Assembly (NCBI GenBank): GCA_964631735.1
Contig: CAZVZV010000042.1
Span: 20,321 to 84,320, forward strand
Direction of reading: 5' to 3'
Length of the DNA stretch: 64,000 nucleotides
Source: an uncultured Enterobacteriaceae bacterium
GTDB taxonomy: Bacteria > Pseudomonadota > Gammaproteobacteria > Burkholderiales > SG8-39
The translations under genes and the position numbers were made by a program. Below are positions 18,783 through 28,123 of the stretch, piece after piece (positions within the stretch are counted from its first letter, which is position 1; each line of letters opens with the position of its first letter). The notes beneath the pieces were generated by a model that saw only the letters and a program-made list of their open reading frames with translations, had not been told where the DNA came from and searched no databases.

Positions 18783-19725
18783 TCCGCAGCTGAACGCCAA
18801 CGGCGAGTTGCAGCACCTGTTGTCCATCGAGGGGCTGCCGCGAGAGATCCTGCTGCAGATCCTCGACACGGCGGAGTCCTTCGTCGGCGTCACCGAGCGC
18901 GACATCAAGAAGGTGCCGCTGTTGCGGGGAAAAAGCGTGTTCAACCTGTTCTTCGAGGGCTCGACGCGCACGCGCACCACCTTCGAGATCGCGGCCAAGC
19001 GCCTGTCGGCGGACGTCATCAATCTCAACGTCGCGGCGAGCTCGACTACCAAGGGCGAGTCGCTGCTCGATACGGTGGCCAACCTGTCGGCGATGCATGC
19101 CGACATCTTCGTCGTGCGCCACGGTTCCTCCGGCGCGGCGCACCTGGTGGCGCGCCACGTCAGGCCGCACGAGCACGTGATCAACGCGGGCGATGGGCGC
19201 CATGCGCACCCGACGCAAGGACTGCTCGACCTGTACACCATCCGCCATTACAAGAAGGATTTCGGCGGCCTCGCGGTGGCGATCGTGGGCGACATCCTGC
19301 ATTCGCGCGTCGCGCGTTCGCTGATCCACGGCCTCACCACGCTGGGCGTGCCGGAAGTGCGCGTCATCGGCCCGCAGACGCTGATCCCCGCCGGCGCCGC
19401 GGCGCTCGGCGTGCGCGTGTTCCACTCGATGCGCGAGGGCCTGAAGGGCGCCGACGTGGTGGTGATGCTGCGCTTGCAGAACGAGCGCATGAGCGGCGCA
19501 CTGCTGCCTTCGGCGCAGGAATTCAACAAGCACTACGGCTTGAGCGCCGACAAGCTCGCCCTCGCCAAGGCCGACGCCATCGTCATGCACCCCGGGCCGA
19601 TGAACCGCGGGGTGGAGATCGATTCTTCGGTGGCGGACGGCCCGCATTCGGTGATCCTGCCGCAGGTCACCTTCGGCATCTCGGTGCGCATGGCCGTGAT
19701 GAGCATGATCGTGGGCGGCGCATGA
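18772..19725 (+). CDS. pyrB: Aspartate carbamoyltransferase catalytic subunit
   Basis: 317 aa. [21 protein letters not shown] and HPGPMNRG motifs. Confidence 0.96.
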   Translation: MARNPQLNANGELQHLLSIEGLPREILLQILDTAESFVGVTERDIKKVPLLRGKSVFNLFFEGSTRTRTTFEIAAKRLSADVINLNVAASSTTKGESLLDTVANLSAMHADIFVVRHGSSGAAHLVARHVRPHEHVINAGDGRHAHPTQGLLDLYTIRHYKKDFGGLAVAIVGDILHSRVARSLIHGLTTLGVPEVRVIGPQTLIPAGAAALGVRVFHSMREGLKGADVVVMLRLQNERMSGALLPSAQEFNKHYGLSADKLALAKADAIVMHPGPMNRGVEIDSSVADGPHSVILPQVTFGISVRMAVMSMIVGGA

Positions 19726-20981
19726 AGATTCTGATCAGCAATGGCCGGGTGGTGGATCCCAGGAGCGGGCGCGACGCGGTGGGCGAGGTGTTCGTCGCCG
19801 ATGGCAGGATCGCCGCCGCGACGGGGACGCCGGACCGCACCATCGACGCGAAGGGTCTGGTGGTCGCGCCGGGCTTCATCGACCTGTCGGCGCGCCTGCG
19901 CGAGCCCGGCCACGAATACAAGGCGACGCTGGAATCCGAGATGGACGCGGCGGTGGCGGGCGGGGTGACCAGCCTTGCCTGCCCGCCGGATACCGATCCA
20001 CCGCTCGATGAGCCGGGGCTGGTGGATATGCTCAGGCGGCGCGCCAAGGCCTTGTCACGCGCGCGTGTCTACCCGGTGGGCGCGCTCACCGTAAAGCTCG
20101 CGGGCAAGCAGTTGACCGAGATGGCGGAGCTGGCCGAATCCGGCTGCGTCGCTTTCTCGCAGGCCAACGCGCCGCTAGCCGATACGCAGGTGCTGTGGCG
20201 CGCGCTGCAGTACGCGGCGACCTTCGGCTTTCCGGTGTGGCTGCGAGCCGAGGACGCCTGTCTCGCCGCGGGCGGGGTGGCGCACGACGGCGAAGTGGCG
20301 ACGCGCCTCGGCCTGGCCGGGATCCCGGCGTTCGCCGAGACCATCGCGCTTGCGCAGCTGTTTGAACTGGTGCGCGCCACGGGTGCGCGCGTGCACATCT
20401 GCCGCATCTCCAGCGCGGCCGGCGTTGCCATGCTGCGGCGCGCGCGTCACGACGGGCTGCCGCTGACCTGCGATGTCGGCATCCACCATGTGCACCTGTC
20501 CGACATGGACCTCGGCTTTTTCGACTCGAGCTGCCGTCTGGAGCCGCCGTTGCGCAGCCAGCGCGACCGCGAGGCGCTCGCCGCGGGCCTGGCAGACGGC
20601 ACCATCGACTGCGCGGTGTCCGATCACACGCCGGTGGACGAGGACCAGAAGCTGCTGCCGTTTGCCGAAGCCGAACCCGGCGCCACGGGACTGGAACTTT
20701 TGCTGCCGCTCGCGCTCAAGTGGGGCATGGAGAGAAAGCTCACGCTCGCGCAGACGCTGGCGCGCATCACCAGCGAGCCGGCGCGCATTCTCGGCGTGGC
20801 TTCGGGCCGCATCGAGCCCGGCGCGCCTGCCGACCTGGCGATCTTCGACCCGCAGTTGGCCTGGCGCGTGACGCCGCAGGCCCTGAAGAGCCAGGGCAAG
20901 AATTCCCCGTTCCTCGGCATGGAGCTCTGCGGGCGCGTGCGCGCCACCATCGTTGCCGGCAACGTGGTGTACGAGGCATGA
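19722..20981 (+). CDS. Dihydroorotase-like protein (PyrC'/PyrX type, associated with ATCase)
   Basis: 419 aa with an amidohydrolase fold. Coupled to pyrB by an ATGA overlap. Whether it is catalytic cannot be judged here. Confidence 0.85.
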   Translation: MKILISNGRVVDPRSGRDAVGEVFVADGRIAAATGTPDRTIDAKGLVVAPGFIDLSARLREPGHEYKATLESEMDAAVAGGVTSLACPPDTDPPLDEPGLVDMLRRRAKALSRARVYPVGALTVKLAGKQLTEMAELAESGCVAFSQANAPLADTQVLWRALQYAATFGFPVWLRAEDACLAAGGVAHDGEVATRLGLAGIPAFAETIALAQLFELVRATGARVHICRISSAAGVAMLRRARHDGLPLTCDVGIHHVHLSDMDLGFFDSSCRLEPPLRSQRDREALAAGLADGTIDCAVSDHTPVDEDQKLLPFAEAEPGATGLELLLPLALKWGMERKLTLAQTLARITSEPARILGVASGRIEPGAPADLAIFDPQLAWRVTPQALKSQGKNSPFLGMELCGRVRATIVAGNVVYEA

Positions 20982-21520
20982 AGCGCCTCGCGTTGCTGCT
21001 GGCGATCGTCGCCGTTGCGGGCTGCAGCTCCACGCCCGAGAAGCGCCCCGGCGGTTACTACAAGGACGATGGGCCGGGCGACAGCGCGAAGCTCGCCGCG
21101 GTTCCCGACGCAGTTCCCAGGGCCGAAGCGCTGCACCGCTACGCCAACCGGCCCTACGAGGCGCTGAGCAGGAAGTACGTGCCGCTCACGCGCGTCAGCA
21201 CCTACACGCAGCGCGGCGCCGCGAGCTGGTATGGCAAAGGCTTTCACGGCAAGCCCACCTCGAGCGGCGAGCCCTTCGACATGTACAAGATGAGCGCCGC
21301 GCATCCGATCCTGCCGATCCCGAGCTACGCGCGCGTCACCAACCTTGCCAACGGCAGGAGCGTGGTGGTGCGCGTGAACGACCGCGGCCCGTTCCACGCC
21401 GGACGCGCCATCGACCTGTCCTATGCCGCCGCCTACAAGCTCGGCTACGTCGCGCAGGGCAGCGCGCAGGTCCAGATCGAGCAGATCGTGCCGGGCGGCG
21501 CGCCGGTCGCACTGCAGTAG
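20978..21520 (+). CDS. rlpA: Septal ring lytic transglycosylase RlpA-family lipoprotein (DPBB domain only)
   Basis: 180 aa. Lipobox LLAIVAVAGCSS and ASWYGKGFHGKPTSSGEPFD...ARVTNLANGRSVVVRVNDRGPF. Confidence 0.85.
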   Translation: MKRLALLLAIVAVAGCSSTPEKRPGGYYKDDGPGDSAKLAAVPDAVPRAEALHRYANRPYEALSRKYVPLTRVSTYTQRGAASWYGKGFHGKPTSSGEPFDMYKMSAAHPILPIPSYARVTNLANGRSVVVRVNDRGPFHAGRAIDLSYAAAYKLGYVAQGSAQVQIEQIVPGGAPVALQ

Positions 21521-21531
21521 CTTTTTCCCCG

Positions 21532-22650
21532 ATGCGCAGTCTGATCCCGCTTGTGCTTTCATTCGCCTGCGTTGCTGCGCAGGCGCAGCCCGGCCCGCAG
21601 ATCGCCGCCAGGGCCTGGCTGCTCGCCGACCTCACCAGCGGCCAGGTGCTGGTCGCGGAGAAGGCCGACGAGCGTTTCGCGCCGGCTTCGCTCACCAAGT
21701 TGATGAGCGCCTACGTGGTGTTCGGCGCGCTGCGCGACAGGCAGCTCGCCAGCACCAGCCGCGTCGAGGTGTCGGAGCGCGCCTGGCGTGCGCCCGGCTC
21801 GCGCATGTTCGTGCAGCCCGGCATGGTAGTGGTGGTGGACGAACTGATCCACGGCATGGTGGTGCAATCGGGCAACGACGCGAGCATCGCGCTGGCCGAA
21901 GCGGTGGCCGGCTCGGAGGAGAAGTTCGCGCAGCTGATGAACCGCGAGGCCGCGCGCCTCGGCATGAAGAACACGCATTATGCCAATGCCTCCGGCTACT
22001 CGGCCGTGCAGCACTACAGCACGGCGCGCGATTTGTCTGTCCTTGCCGGCGCGCTGATCCGCGACTTTCCCGAACCCTACGCGCGCTACTACGCGGGCAA
22101 GGAATACCGCTACAACAACATCACGCAGATCAATCGCAATCGCCTGCTGTGGCTCGACCCGAGCGTGGACGGGGTGAAGACCGGCTACACCGAGGCGGCG
22201 GGCTACTGCCTGGTCGCCTCTTCGCGCCGCGGCGGACGGCGGCTGCTCTCGGTGCTGCTCGGCGCGCAGTCGGACTCCGCGCGCGCGCAGGAGTCGCAGA
22301 AGCTGCTCAACTGGGGTTACCAGTTCTTCGACGGCGTGCGCCTGTTCGCCGGTAGCGAAGCGGTCAAGGCGGTGGCGGTGTGGAAGGGCTCCGCCTCCGA
22401 GGTGCAGGCCGGCTTCGCCGAGGGGCTGGTGGTGACGGTACCCAAGGGACAGGCGGGCAAACTCAAGGCGGAACTTCTCACCCATCCACCGGTGGTGGCG
22501 CCGGTGTCGCGGGGCCAGCGCGTGGGCGTGCTGCGAGTGCAGCTGGATGGCAAACCGCTCGGCGAGTACCCGGTGGAAGCGCTGGAGAGCGTTGCCTTGG
22601 CGGGATTCTTCGGCCGCGCGTGGGATACACTGCGATTGTTGTCCAGGTAG
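21532..22650 (+). CDS. D-alanyl-D-alanine carboxypeptidase (PBP5/6 family)
   Basis: 372 aa. Signal peptide, then the SLTK (SxxK), SGN and KTG motifs. The track ORF 20953-22650 extends upstream as a shadow. Confidence 0.9.
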   Translation: MRSLIPLVLSFACVAAQAQPGPQIAARAWLLADLTSGQVLVAEKADERFAPASLTKLMSAYVVFGALRDRQLASTSRVEVSERAWRAPGSRMFVQPGMVVVVDELIHGMVVQSGNDASIALAEAVAGSEEKFAQLMNREAARLGMKNTHYANASGYSAVQHYSTARDLSVLAGALIRDFPEPYARYYAGKEYRYNNITQINRNRLLWLDPSVDGVKTGYTEAAGYCLVASSRRGGRRLLSVLLGAQSDSARAQESQKLLNWGYQFFDGVRLFAGSEAVKAVAVWKGSASEVQAGFAEGLVVTVPKGQAGKLKAELLTHPPVVAPVSRGQRVGVLRVQLDGKPLGEYPVEALESVALAGFFGRAWDTLRLLSR

Positions 22651-22660
22651 CGAGGTCCGC

Positions 22661-23521
22661 ATGGTTTTCCTGAACGGCAAATTCCTCCCGCTCGAGCAGG
22701 CCATGGTGCCGGTACTGGATCGCGGCTTCATCTTCGGCGACGGCGTGTACGAGCTGATCCCGGTGTATTCGCGCGCGCCGTTCCGCATGGACGAGCACCT
22801 GGCGCGGCTGGAGCGCAGCCTGGCGTCGGTGCAGATCAAGAACCCGTACGCGCGCGAGAAGTGGCGCGAGATCATCCTGCAGCTGGTGGCCAGGCAGCCC
22901 TGGGAGGACCAGGGGATCTACTTCCAGGTAACGCGCGGCGTGGCGAAGCGCGACCACGCGTTTCCGCCGGGGGTGCAGCCCACGGTCTTCATCATGGCGA
23001 ATCCGCTGGTGAATCCGCCGCAGGAACTGGTGCAGCAGGGCGGCAGCGCGGTCACCGCGGTGGACAACCGCTGGCTGCGCTGCGACATCAAGTCCATTTC
23101 CCTCCTCGGCAATGTGCTGGCACGGCAGTTGTCGGCGGACGCGGGCGCGCAGGAGACCATCCTGTTCCGCGACGGCAAGCTCACCGAGGCTTCGGCCTCC
23201 AACGTGTTCATCGTCAAGCGCGGCGTGCTGCTCTCGCCGCCGAAGTCGAACCTGATCCTGCCCGGCATCACTTACGACGTAGTGACCGAGATTGCGCAGG
23301 CGGCCAGGATCCCGCTCGAGTTCCGCGACGTGAGCGAAGCCGAAGTGCGCGGCGCTGACGAGGTGTGGGTGACTTCCTCTTCCAAGGAGATCCTCGCCAT
23401 CGTCACGCTGGACGGCAAGCCCGTCGGCGACGGCAAGCCGGGGCCGCTGTTCAGGCGCGCCTACCAGCTGTACCAGGAATTCAAGGCGAAGGTCATGCGC
23501 AAGGTGGCGGTCTCCGCCTGA
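22661..23521 (+). CDS. D-amino-acid (class IV) aminotransferase
   Basis: 286 aa. DRGFIFGDGVYE and CDIKSISLLGNV motifs. Sits in the typical position between dac and ybeD-lipB. Confidence 0.85.
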   Translation: MVFLNGKFLPLEQAMVPVLDRGFIFGDGVYELIPVYSRAPFRMDEHLARLERSLASVQIKNPYAREKWREIILQLVARQPWEDQGIYFQVTRGVAKRDHAFPPGVQPTVFIMANPLVNPPQELVQQGGSAVTAVDNRWLRCDIKSISLLGNVLARQLSADAGAQETILFRDGKLTEASASNVFIVKRGVLLSPPKSNLILPGITYDVVTEIAQAARIPLEFRDVSEAEVRGADEVWVTSSSKEILAIVTLDGKPVGDGKPGPLFRRAYQLYQEFKAKVMRKVAVSA

Positions 23522-23793
23522 TGCCGCTTGCCAACGAAGAATCGCTGATCTCGTATCCGACCGACTTTCCCATCAAGGTGATGGGACGGAAGGAGGCGAG
23601 GTTCGCACACAGCGTTCTCACCATCGTGCGCAGGCACGCGCCGGATTTCGATGCGGCCACCATGGAGCTGCGTCCGAGCAAGCAGGGGACTTACCTCAGT
23701 GTCACCTGCACCATCCGCGCGACGTCGCGCGAGCAGCTCGACGCCCTGTACATGGAGCTCTGCGACCACCCTTCGGTGGTGATGGTGCTGTGA
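23521..23793 (+). CDS. ybeD: YbeD-family protein (DUF493)
   Basis: 90 aa. YPTDFPIKVMG motif, upstream of lipB. Confidence 0.85.
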   Translation: MPLANEESLISYPTDFPIKVMGRKEARFAHSVLTIVRRHAPDFDAATMELRPSKQGTYLSVTCTIRATSREQLDALYMELCDHPSVVMVL

Positions 23794-24419
23794 CGGAAAC
23801 CGCGCTCGCGATGCGCGTGCGCAGTTTCGGGCTGGTCGACTATGTGCCTCTGGCCGCGAAGATGCGCGAGTTCACCGTGAACCGCACTCCTGAGACGCCC
23901 GATGAGCTGTGGGTGCTGGAGCATTTGCCGGTGTACACGCTGGGGCAGGGCGCGGATGCGAAGTTCGGGCCCAGGGTCGCCAACGGCATTCCAGTGGTGC
24001 AGGCCGAGCGAGGCGGCGAGATCACTTATCACGGGCCGGGGCAGGCGGTGGTGTATACGCTGGTGGATCTTTCGCGGCGCGGCATCAAGGTGAAGCCTTT
24101 CGTGGCCCTGCTCGAGCAATGCGTGATCAATTTTCTTGCCGGGCACGAAGTGCAGGCGGAGAGGAAGCCGGGGGCGCCCGGGGTCTACGTCGGCGGCGCG
24201 AAGATCGCGGCGCTGGGGATCCGCGTGACGCGCGGGCGTGCCTGGCACGGGCTTTCGCTCAATGTGGACATGGACTTGTCTCCCTTCAACGCCATCGATC
24301 CCTGCGGCTATCCCGGGCTGAACGTCGCCCAGGCGAAACAATTCGGCATCAAGGGCACGGCGAAGGAGGTCGGCATCCGCTTGGCGCGGAACCTAGTGCA
24401 CAGGCTGGAATATGCGTGA
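23790..24419 (+). CDS. lipB: Octanoyltransferase
   Basis: 209 aa. [13 protein letters not shown] and CGYPG motifs. Confidence 0.93.
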   Translation: MTETALAMRVRSFGLVDYVPLAAKMREFTVNRTPETPDELWVLEHLPVYTLGQGADAKFGPRVANGIPVVQAERGGEITYHGPGQAVVYTLVDLSRRGIKVKPFVALLEQCVINFLAGHEVQAERKPGAPGVYVGGAKIAALGIRVTRGRAWHGLSLNVDMDLSPFNAIDPCGYPGLNVAQAKQFGIKGTAKEVGIRLARNLVHRLEYA

Positions 24420-25353
24420 AGCGGGCGTAAAGGAGAAAGGCCGGGAGAAGACGGCGCGGATTCCCATCAAGATCGTGCCGCGGACGCCGTTGGCCAAACC
24501 GGCGTGGATCCGCGTCAAGGCGGCGAGCGCCACGGGGCGCTTTACCGAGATCAAACAGATCCTGCGCGAGCAGAACCTGCATACGGTGTGCGAAGAGGCG
24601 TCCTGCCCGAACATCGGCGAGTGCTTCGGCAAAGGCACGGCCACCTTCATGATCCTGGGCGACATCTGCACGCGGCGCTGCCCGTTCTGCGATGTGGCGC
24701 ATGGCAGGCCTTTGGCGCCGGATGTAGAAGAGCCTGCGCATCTGGCGGACACCATTGCGAAGTTGAAGCTCAAATACGTGGTCATCACCAGTGTGGATCG
24801 GGACGATTTGAAGGACGGCGGGGCGCAGCACTTCGTGGATTGCATTCGCGCGGTGCGGGAGAGTTCGCCGTCCACGACGATCGAAGTTCTCGTTCCCGAT
24901 TTCCGCGGGCGGATGGAGCGGGCGCTGGAAATCCTTCTCTCGGCGCCGCCCGACGTGATGAACCACAACCTCGAGACCGTGCCGCGGCTGTATCGGCAGG
25001 CGCGGCCGGGCGGGGACTACATCCATTCCCTGAAGCTGCTGCAGGAATTTGGCAAGCAGCTACCCAACATTCCCACCAAGTCAGGCTTGATGGTGGGGCT
25101 GGGGGAGACGGACGGGGAAATCCTCCAGGTGATGCGCGACCTGCGCGCGCACGACGTGGACATGCTCACCATCGGGCAGTATCTCCAGCCCTCGCCGCAC
25201 CATTTGGCGGTGGAGCGGTATGTGCACCCGGATACCTTTGCGATATATGAGCGCGAGGCGAGGGACATGGGTTTCAGGCATGCGGCGGTTGGGGCGATGG
25301 TGCGGAGTTCGTATCACGCCGACCGGCAGGCGCATGAGGCGGGGGTGGGGTAG
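24412..25353 (+). CDS. lipA: Lipoyl synthase
   Basis: 313 aa. [12 protein letters not shown] and radical-SAM CTRRCPFC clusters. Confidence 0.96.
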   Translation: MREAGVKEKGREKTARIPIKIVPRTPLAKPAWIRVKAASATGRFTEIKQILREQNLHTVCEEASCPNIGECFGKGTATFMILGDICTRRCPFCDVAHGRPLAPDVEEPAHLADTIAKLKLKYVVITSVDRDDLKDGGAQHFVDCIRAVRESSPSTTIEVLVPDFRGRMERALEILLSAPPDVMNHNLETVPRLYRQARPGGDYIHSLKLLQEFGKQLPNIPTKSGLMVGLGETDGEILQVMRDLRAHDVDMLTIGQYLQPSPHHLAVERYVHPDTFAIYEREARDMGFRHAAVGAMVRSSYHADRQAHEAGVG

Positions 25354-25384
25354 GTTCGTTGCTCTCTGACGTACCTCCGCGCTG

Positions 25385-25828
25385 TTACGGCAACCTGCTC
25401 CGGCCGGACTGATCGGTCGCGTAGTACTCGCCGCTGGCCGGCAGCCGGCTCACGGCGTCGCGGGCCCAGCCCGCCTGCTCAGCCGCCCCGACGCATGCAG
25501 GCGCACCCGTGGCAAACGTGCGAATCTGGACCCCCTCTGCATACACGGAATGAAATCGTTCGACCGCGGCCAGGAGTTGCTTTGTGGACGCATTGCCGCA
25601 GTTGTCGAGCCAGAGCGTACGGATAAGGATCGGCTTCGCCCACGCTTGCAGCGCCGCGAGGTCGGAGAACGGCTTCCCGGCGGCAACGTAGCGGTCGGGA
25701 AAGACTTTCACGTTCAAGGCTTCCGGCGGCACGGAATCCAGGCCGAGTGCAGAAAGCGGAAGAATGAGGGCGAGACTTCCTGCAGCAAGGATCCAGCGAC
25801 TGCGTGCAACAACAGGGTGCGCGTTCAT
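25385..25828 (-). CDS. Hypothetical secreted protein
   Basis: 147 aa with a signal-peptide-like N-terminus (RSRWILAAGSLALILPLSALG). I recognise no family. Confidence 0.55.
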   Translation of the reverse strand: MNAHPVVARSRWILAAGSLALILPLSALGLDSVPPEALNVKVFPDRYVAAGKPFSDLAALQAWAKPILIRTLWLDNCGNASTKQLLAAVERFHSVYAEGVQIRTFATGAPACVGAAEQAGWARDAVSRLPASGEYYATDQSGRSRLP

Positions 25829-25853
25829 GACAGCCTCCTAGAATCTCCCGGTC

Positions 25854-25872
25854 AGAGCAGGGAATCTGCTCT
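25854..25872. promoter_or_regulatory. Interrupted dyad AGAGCAG-N5-CTGCTCT, a candidate LysR-type operator
   Basis: Perfect 7-bp arms in the 121-bp divergent intergenic region between the secreted-protein gene and the LysR gene. Confidence 0.3.
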
Positions 25873-25949
25873 AATACCGGCGCCCATTGTTCGCCCGCGA
25901 GACACACCTCTCAAACGACCCTTTCTCACTGCTGCCATGAGATCAGGTA

Positions 25950-26954
25950 ATGGATAAGCGTCGGCATCCCTTGTCGCTCGACCTGCTGCGGGGGTTCCGG
26001 GTTGCCGCACGCCACTTGAGCTTTACTCGCGCGGCGCAAGAGCTGTTTGTCACCCAATCCGCGATCAGTCGCGAGGTCAAGACGCTGGAAGAGCAGATCG
26101 GCAAGCCGCTCTTTCGCCGCGTCCACCGCGCGCTGCAACTTACCCGCGCCGGCGAAGAGCTATACCGCGCGACAGATGAGGCGCTCGCGTTGCTCGACGC
26201 GGCTACCGATCGGCTTGCCGAGTCTGGCAAGACCCTGGCAGTCACGACCACCACTGCGCTCGCGTCGCTCTGGCTCGCGCCGAGGCTGCCGCGATTCAAC
26301 CGCCTGCATCCCGGTGTCGACGTGAGGGTCGCCGCGAGCAACGACAAACCCGATCTCGAGCGCGAGCAGATGGACATCGCGATCCGGTTTGTGCCTCGCG
26401 GGGCCGACGTTCCAAACGGCGAGCGGCTGCTCGACTGTGACATCTTCCCGGTTTGCTCGCCGGCGCTCGCGCGCGACGCAGCGCGTCCGCTCCGGAGTGC
26501 GCCCGATCTCGCAAATCACGTGCGGCTCGATTTCGAGACCATCCGCGATGGGCGACCGTGGTCCGAATGGGACGTGTGGTACGAGGCGATGAAGCTCCCC
26601 GCAGTCAAGCCGGCGAGCACGCTGCGCTTTTCGCACTACGACCAGGTAATCCCGGCGGCGATCGAGGGCAGTGGCGTTGCGATGGGCGCGCGGCCCCACC
26701 TTAACCACCACCTTCGCAACGGGGTCCTGTGCGCTCCTTTCGGCCCCGACGCGGTGGCGACCTTGGGCAGCTTTTTCGTCGTCCTCAGGCGCGCCGCCGC
26801 CGGGAGCGATGCCGTGGAGGCGTTCGTCGCGTGGCTGCGGAGCGAGGTACGCCGGGATAGCGAGCTGACGCTCGCACTGCCTCGCGTGGCTACTCGCTTG
26901 CCAGGCCGGCGAGCCCAAGCGTCGGGCGCTCGCACGCGAGTACGCCGACCTTGA
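25950..26954 (+). CDS. LysR-family transcriptional regulator
   Basis: 334 aa. N-terminal HTH LRGFRVAARHLSFTRAAQELFVTQSAISREVKTLE. Confidence 0.9.
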   Translation: MDKRRHPLSLDLLRGFRVAARHLSFTRAAQELFVTQSAISREVKTLEEQIGKPLFRRVHRALQLTRAGEELYRATDEALALLDAATDRLAESGKTLAVTTTTALASLWLAPRLPRFNRLHPGVDVRVAASNDKPDLEREQMDIAIRFVPRGADVPNGERLLDCDIFPVCSPALARDAARPLRSAPDLANHVRLDFETIRDGRPWSEWDVWYEAMKLPAVKPASTLRFSHYDQVIPAAIEGSGVAMGARPHLNHHLRNGVLCAPFGPDAVATLGSFFVVLRRAAAGSDAVEAFVAWLRSEVRRDSELTLALPRVATRLPGRRAQASGARTRVRRP

Positions 26955-26968
26955 GCAAGGTGCCATGA

Positions 26969-27373
26969 ATGCCTGGGTACTCTGGAACACCTCTCGCATC
27001 GAAGCTCGGCATCAAGCCCGGGTACTCGCTCCTGGTCGTGGGCGCGCCAGGCGAGTACGAAGGTCTGCTTCAGCCACTGCCGGAAGGCGTGGCCTTCACA
27101 CAAGAGGCCTCCGCGCGAACTGATCTCGTTCATTTCTTCTCGGCAAACAAGTCTGACCTCTCGAAGGCCCTGAAGAAATACCGCGCAACGCTCAAACCAT
27201 CTTCCACGGTCTGGGTATCATGGCCGAAGAAATCGTCGAAGGTCGCCACGGACATCACTGAAGACACCGTGCGCGAAGTTGCGCTTCCGCTGGGCTTCGT
27301 GGATGTCAAGGTATGCGCGGTCACCGCGGTGTGGTCGGGATTGAAGCTCGTGGTCCGCAAGGAGCTTCGGTGA
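26969..27373 (+). CDS. DUF3052-like protein
   Basis: 134 aa. The MPGYSGTPLASKLGIKPGYSLLVVGAP N-terminus resembles DUF3052 family members as I recall them. Confidence 0.65.
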   Translation: MPGYSGTPLASKLGIKPGYSLLVVGAPGEYEGLLQPLPEGVAFTQEASARTDLVHFFSANKSDLSKALKKYRATLKPSSTVWVSWPKKSSKVATDITEDTVREVALPLGFVDVKVCAVTAVWSGLKLVVRKELR

Positions 27374-27454
27374 GTCTGCGGCCCAACCCTTGCATCGAGC
27401 GGACCCACGCCGGCGATCCGTCGCGGTCCGCTCATGTCGAATTATGGCTGGCCT

Positions 27455-27898
27455 CTACCTGATGGGCGAGAAGTTGATCGGGTTGACGAAAATCGATTCG
27501 ACTTTGAGATTGATGGGACCGTCCTTCTCGGTTTCAGCCCAGACCTTCGCGCGCTCGGGACCTTCCCGGAATGCCGCCCAGTTAGTCTTCGCCGCTTCAC
27601 GGCTGGGGTGGGCGAGCACGTATATCAGAGTGTTATCGGTCTGTGGCGCGTCGGCCGCGGTCCAGAAGCCGACCAGCGTCATGCCGTACTTGGGAAACAT
27701 CGACGGCACAATGTGCTCCCTGAAGCGTGACTTCATGGCGTCGAACTTCCCGGGCTGTGCCGTGTAGGTCCGGATCTCGAATACCCGATCCGTCGCCTGC
27801 GCGCGCGCCTCCGGAATCCCGACCAAGCCGTCAAGCGCGATGCCTGCCGCGAGCATTCCAAGCCCCACCAATGCATATGTCGATTTGCCGATGTTCAT
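27455..27898 (-). CDS. NIPSNAP-family protein with signal peptide
   Basis: 147 aa. ATG at 27898. VFEIRTYTAQPGKFDAMKSRFREH is typical of NIPSNAP. The upstream part of the track ORF is discarded. Confidence 0.75.
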   Translation of the reverse strand: MNIGKSTYALVGLGMLAAGIALDGLVGIPEARAQATDRVFEIRTYTAQPGKFDAMKSRFREHIVPSMFPKYGMTLVGFWTAADAPQTDNTLIYVLAHPSREAAKTNWAAFREGPERAKVWAETEKDGPINLKVESIFVNPINFSPIR

Positions 27899-28123
27899 TT
27901 TGCGCCTCTCCTTAAGTTGGTCCACAGGGAACGCGAGACGCCTGAGTCGAACCGGCAGGCGTGCTCTGCGGTTTAAAGTTACGAGGGCGTGGCGTATGCT
28001 GCTTGAAGATTCTCTATAGGTTTTCTGGAGAAGTGCTGGGGTTTCAATCTCAGGGAGCCCCGCAAAACGGCATTCCAGCCGGCGGGCGATCGATGCGATA
28101 GCAGCTGAGGGAGCGGGCCAGAG

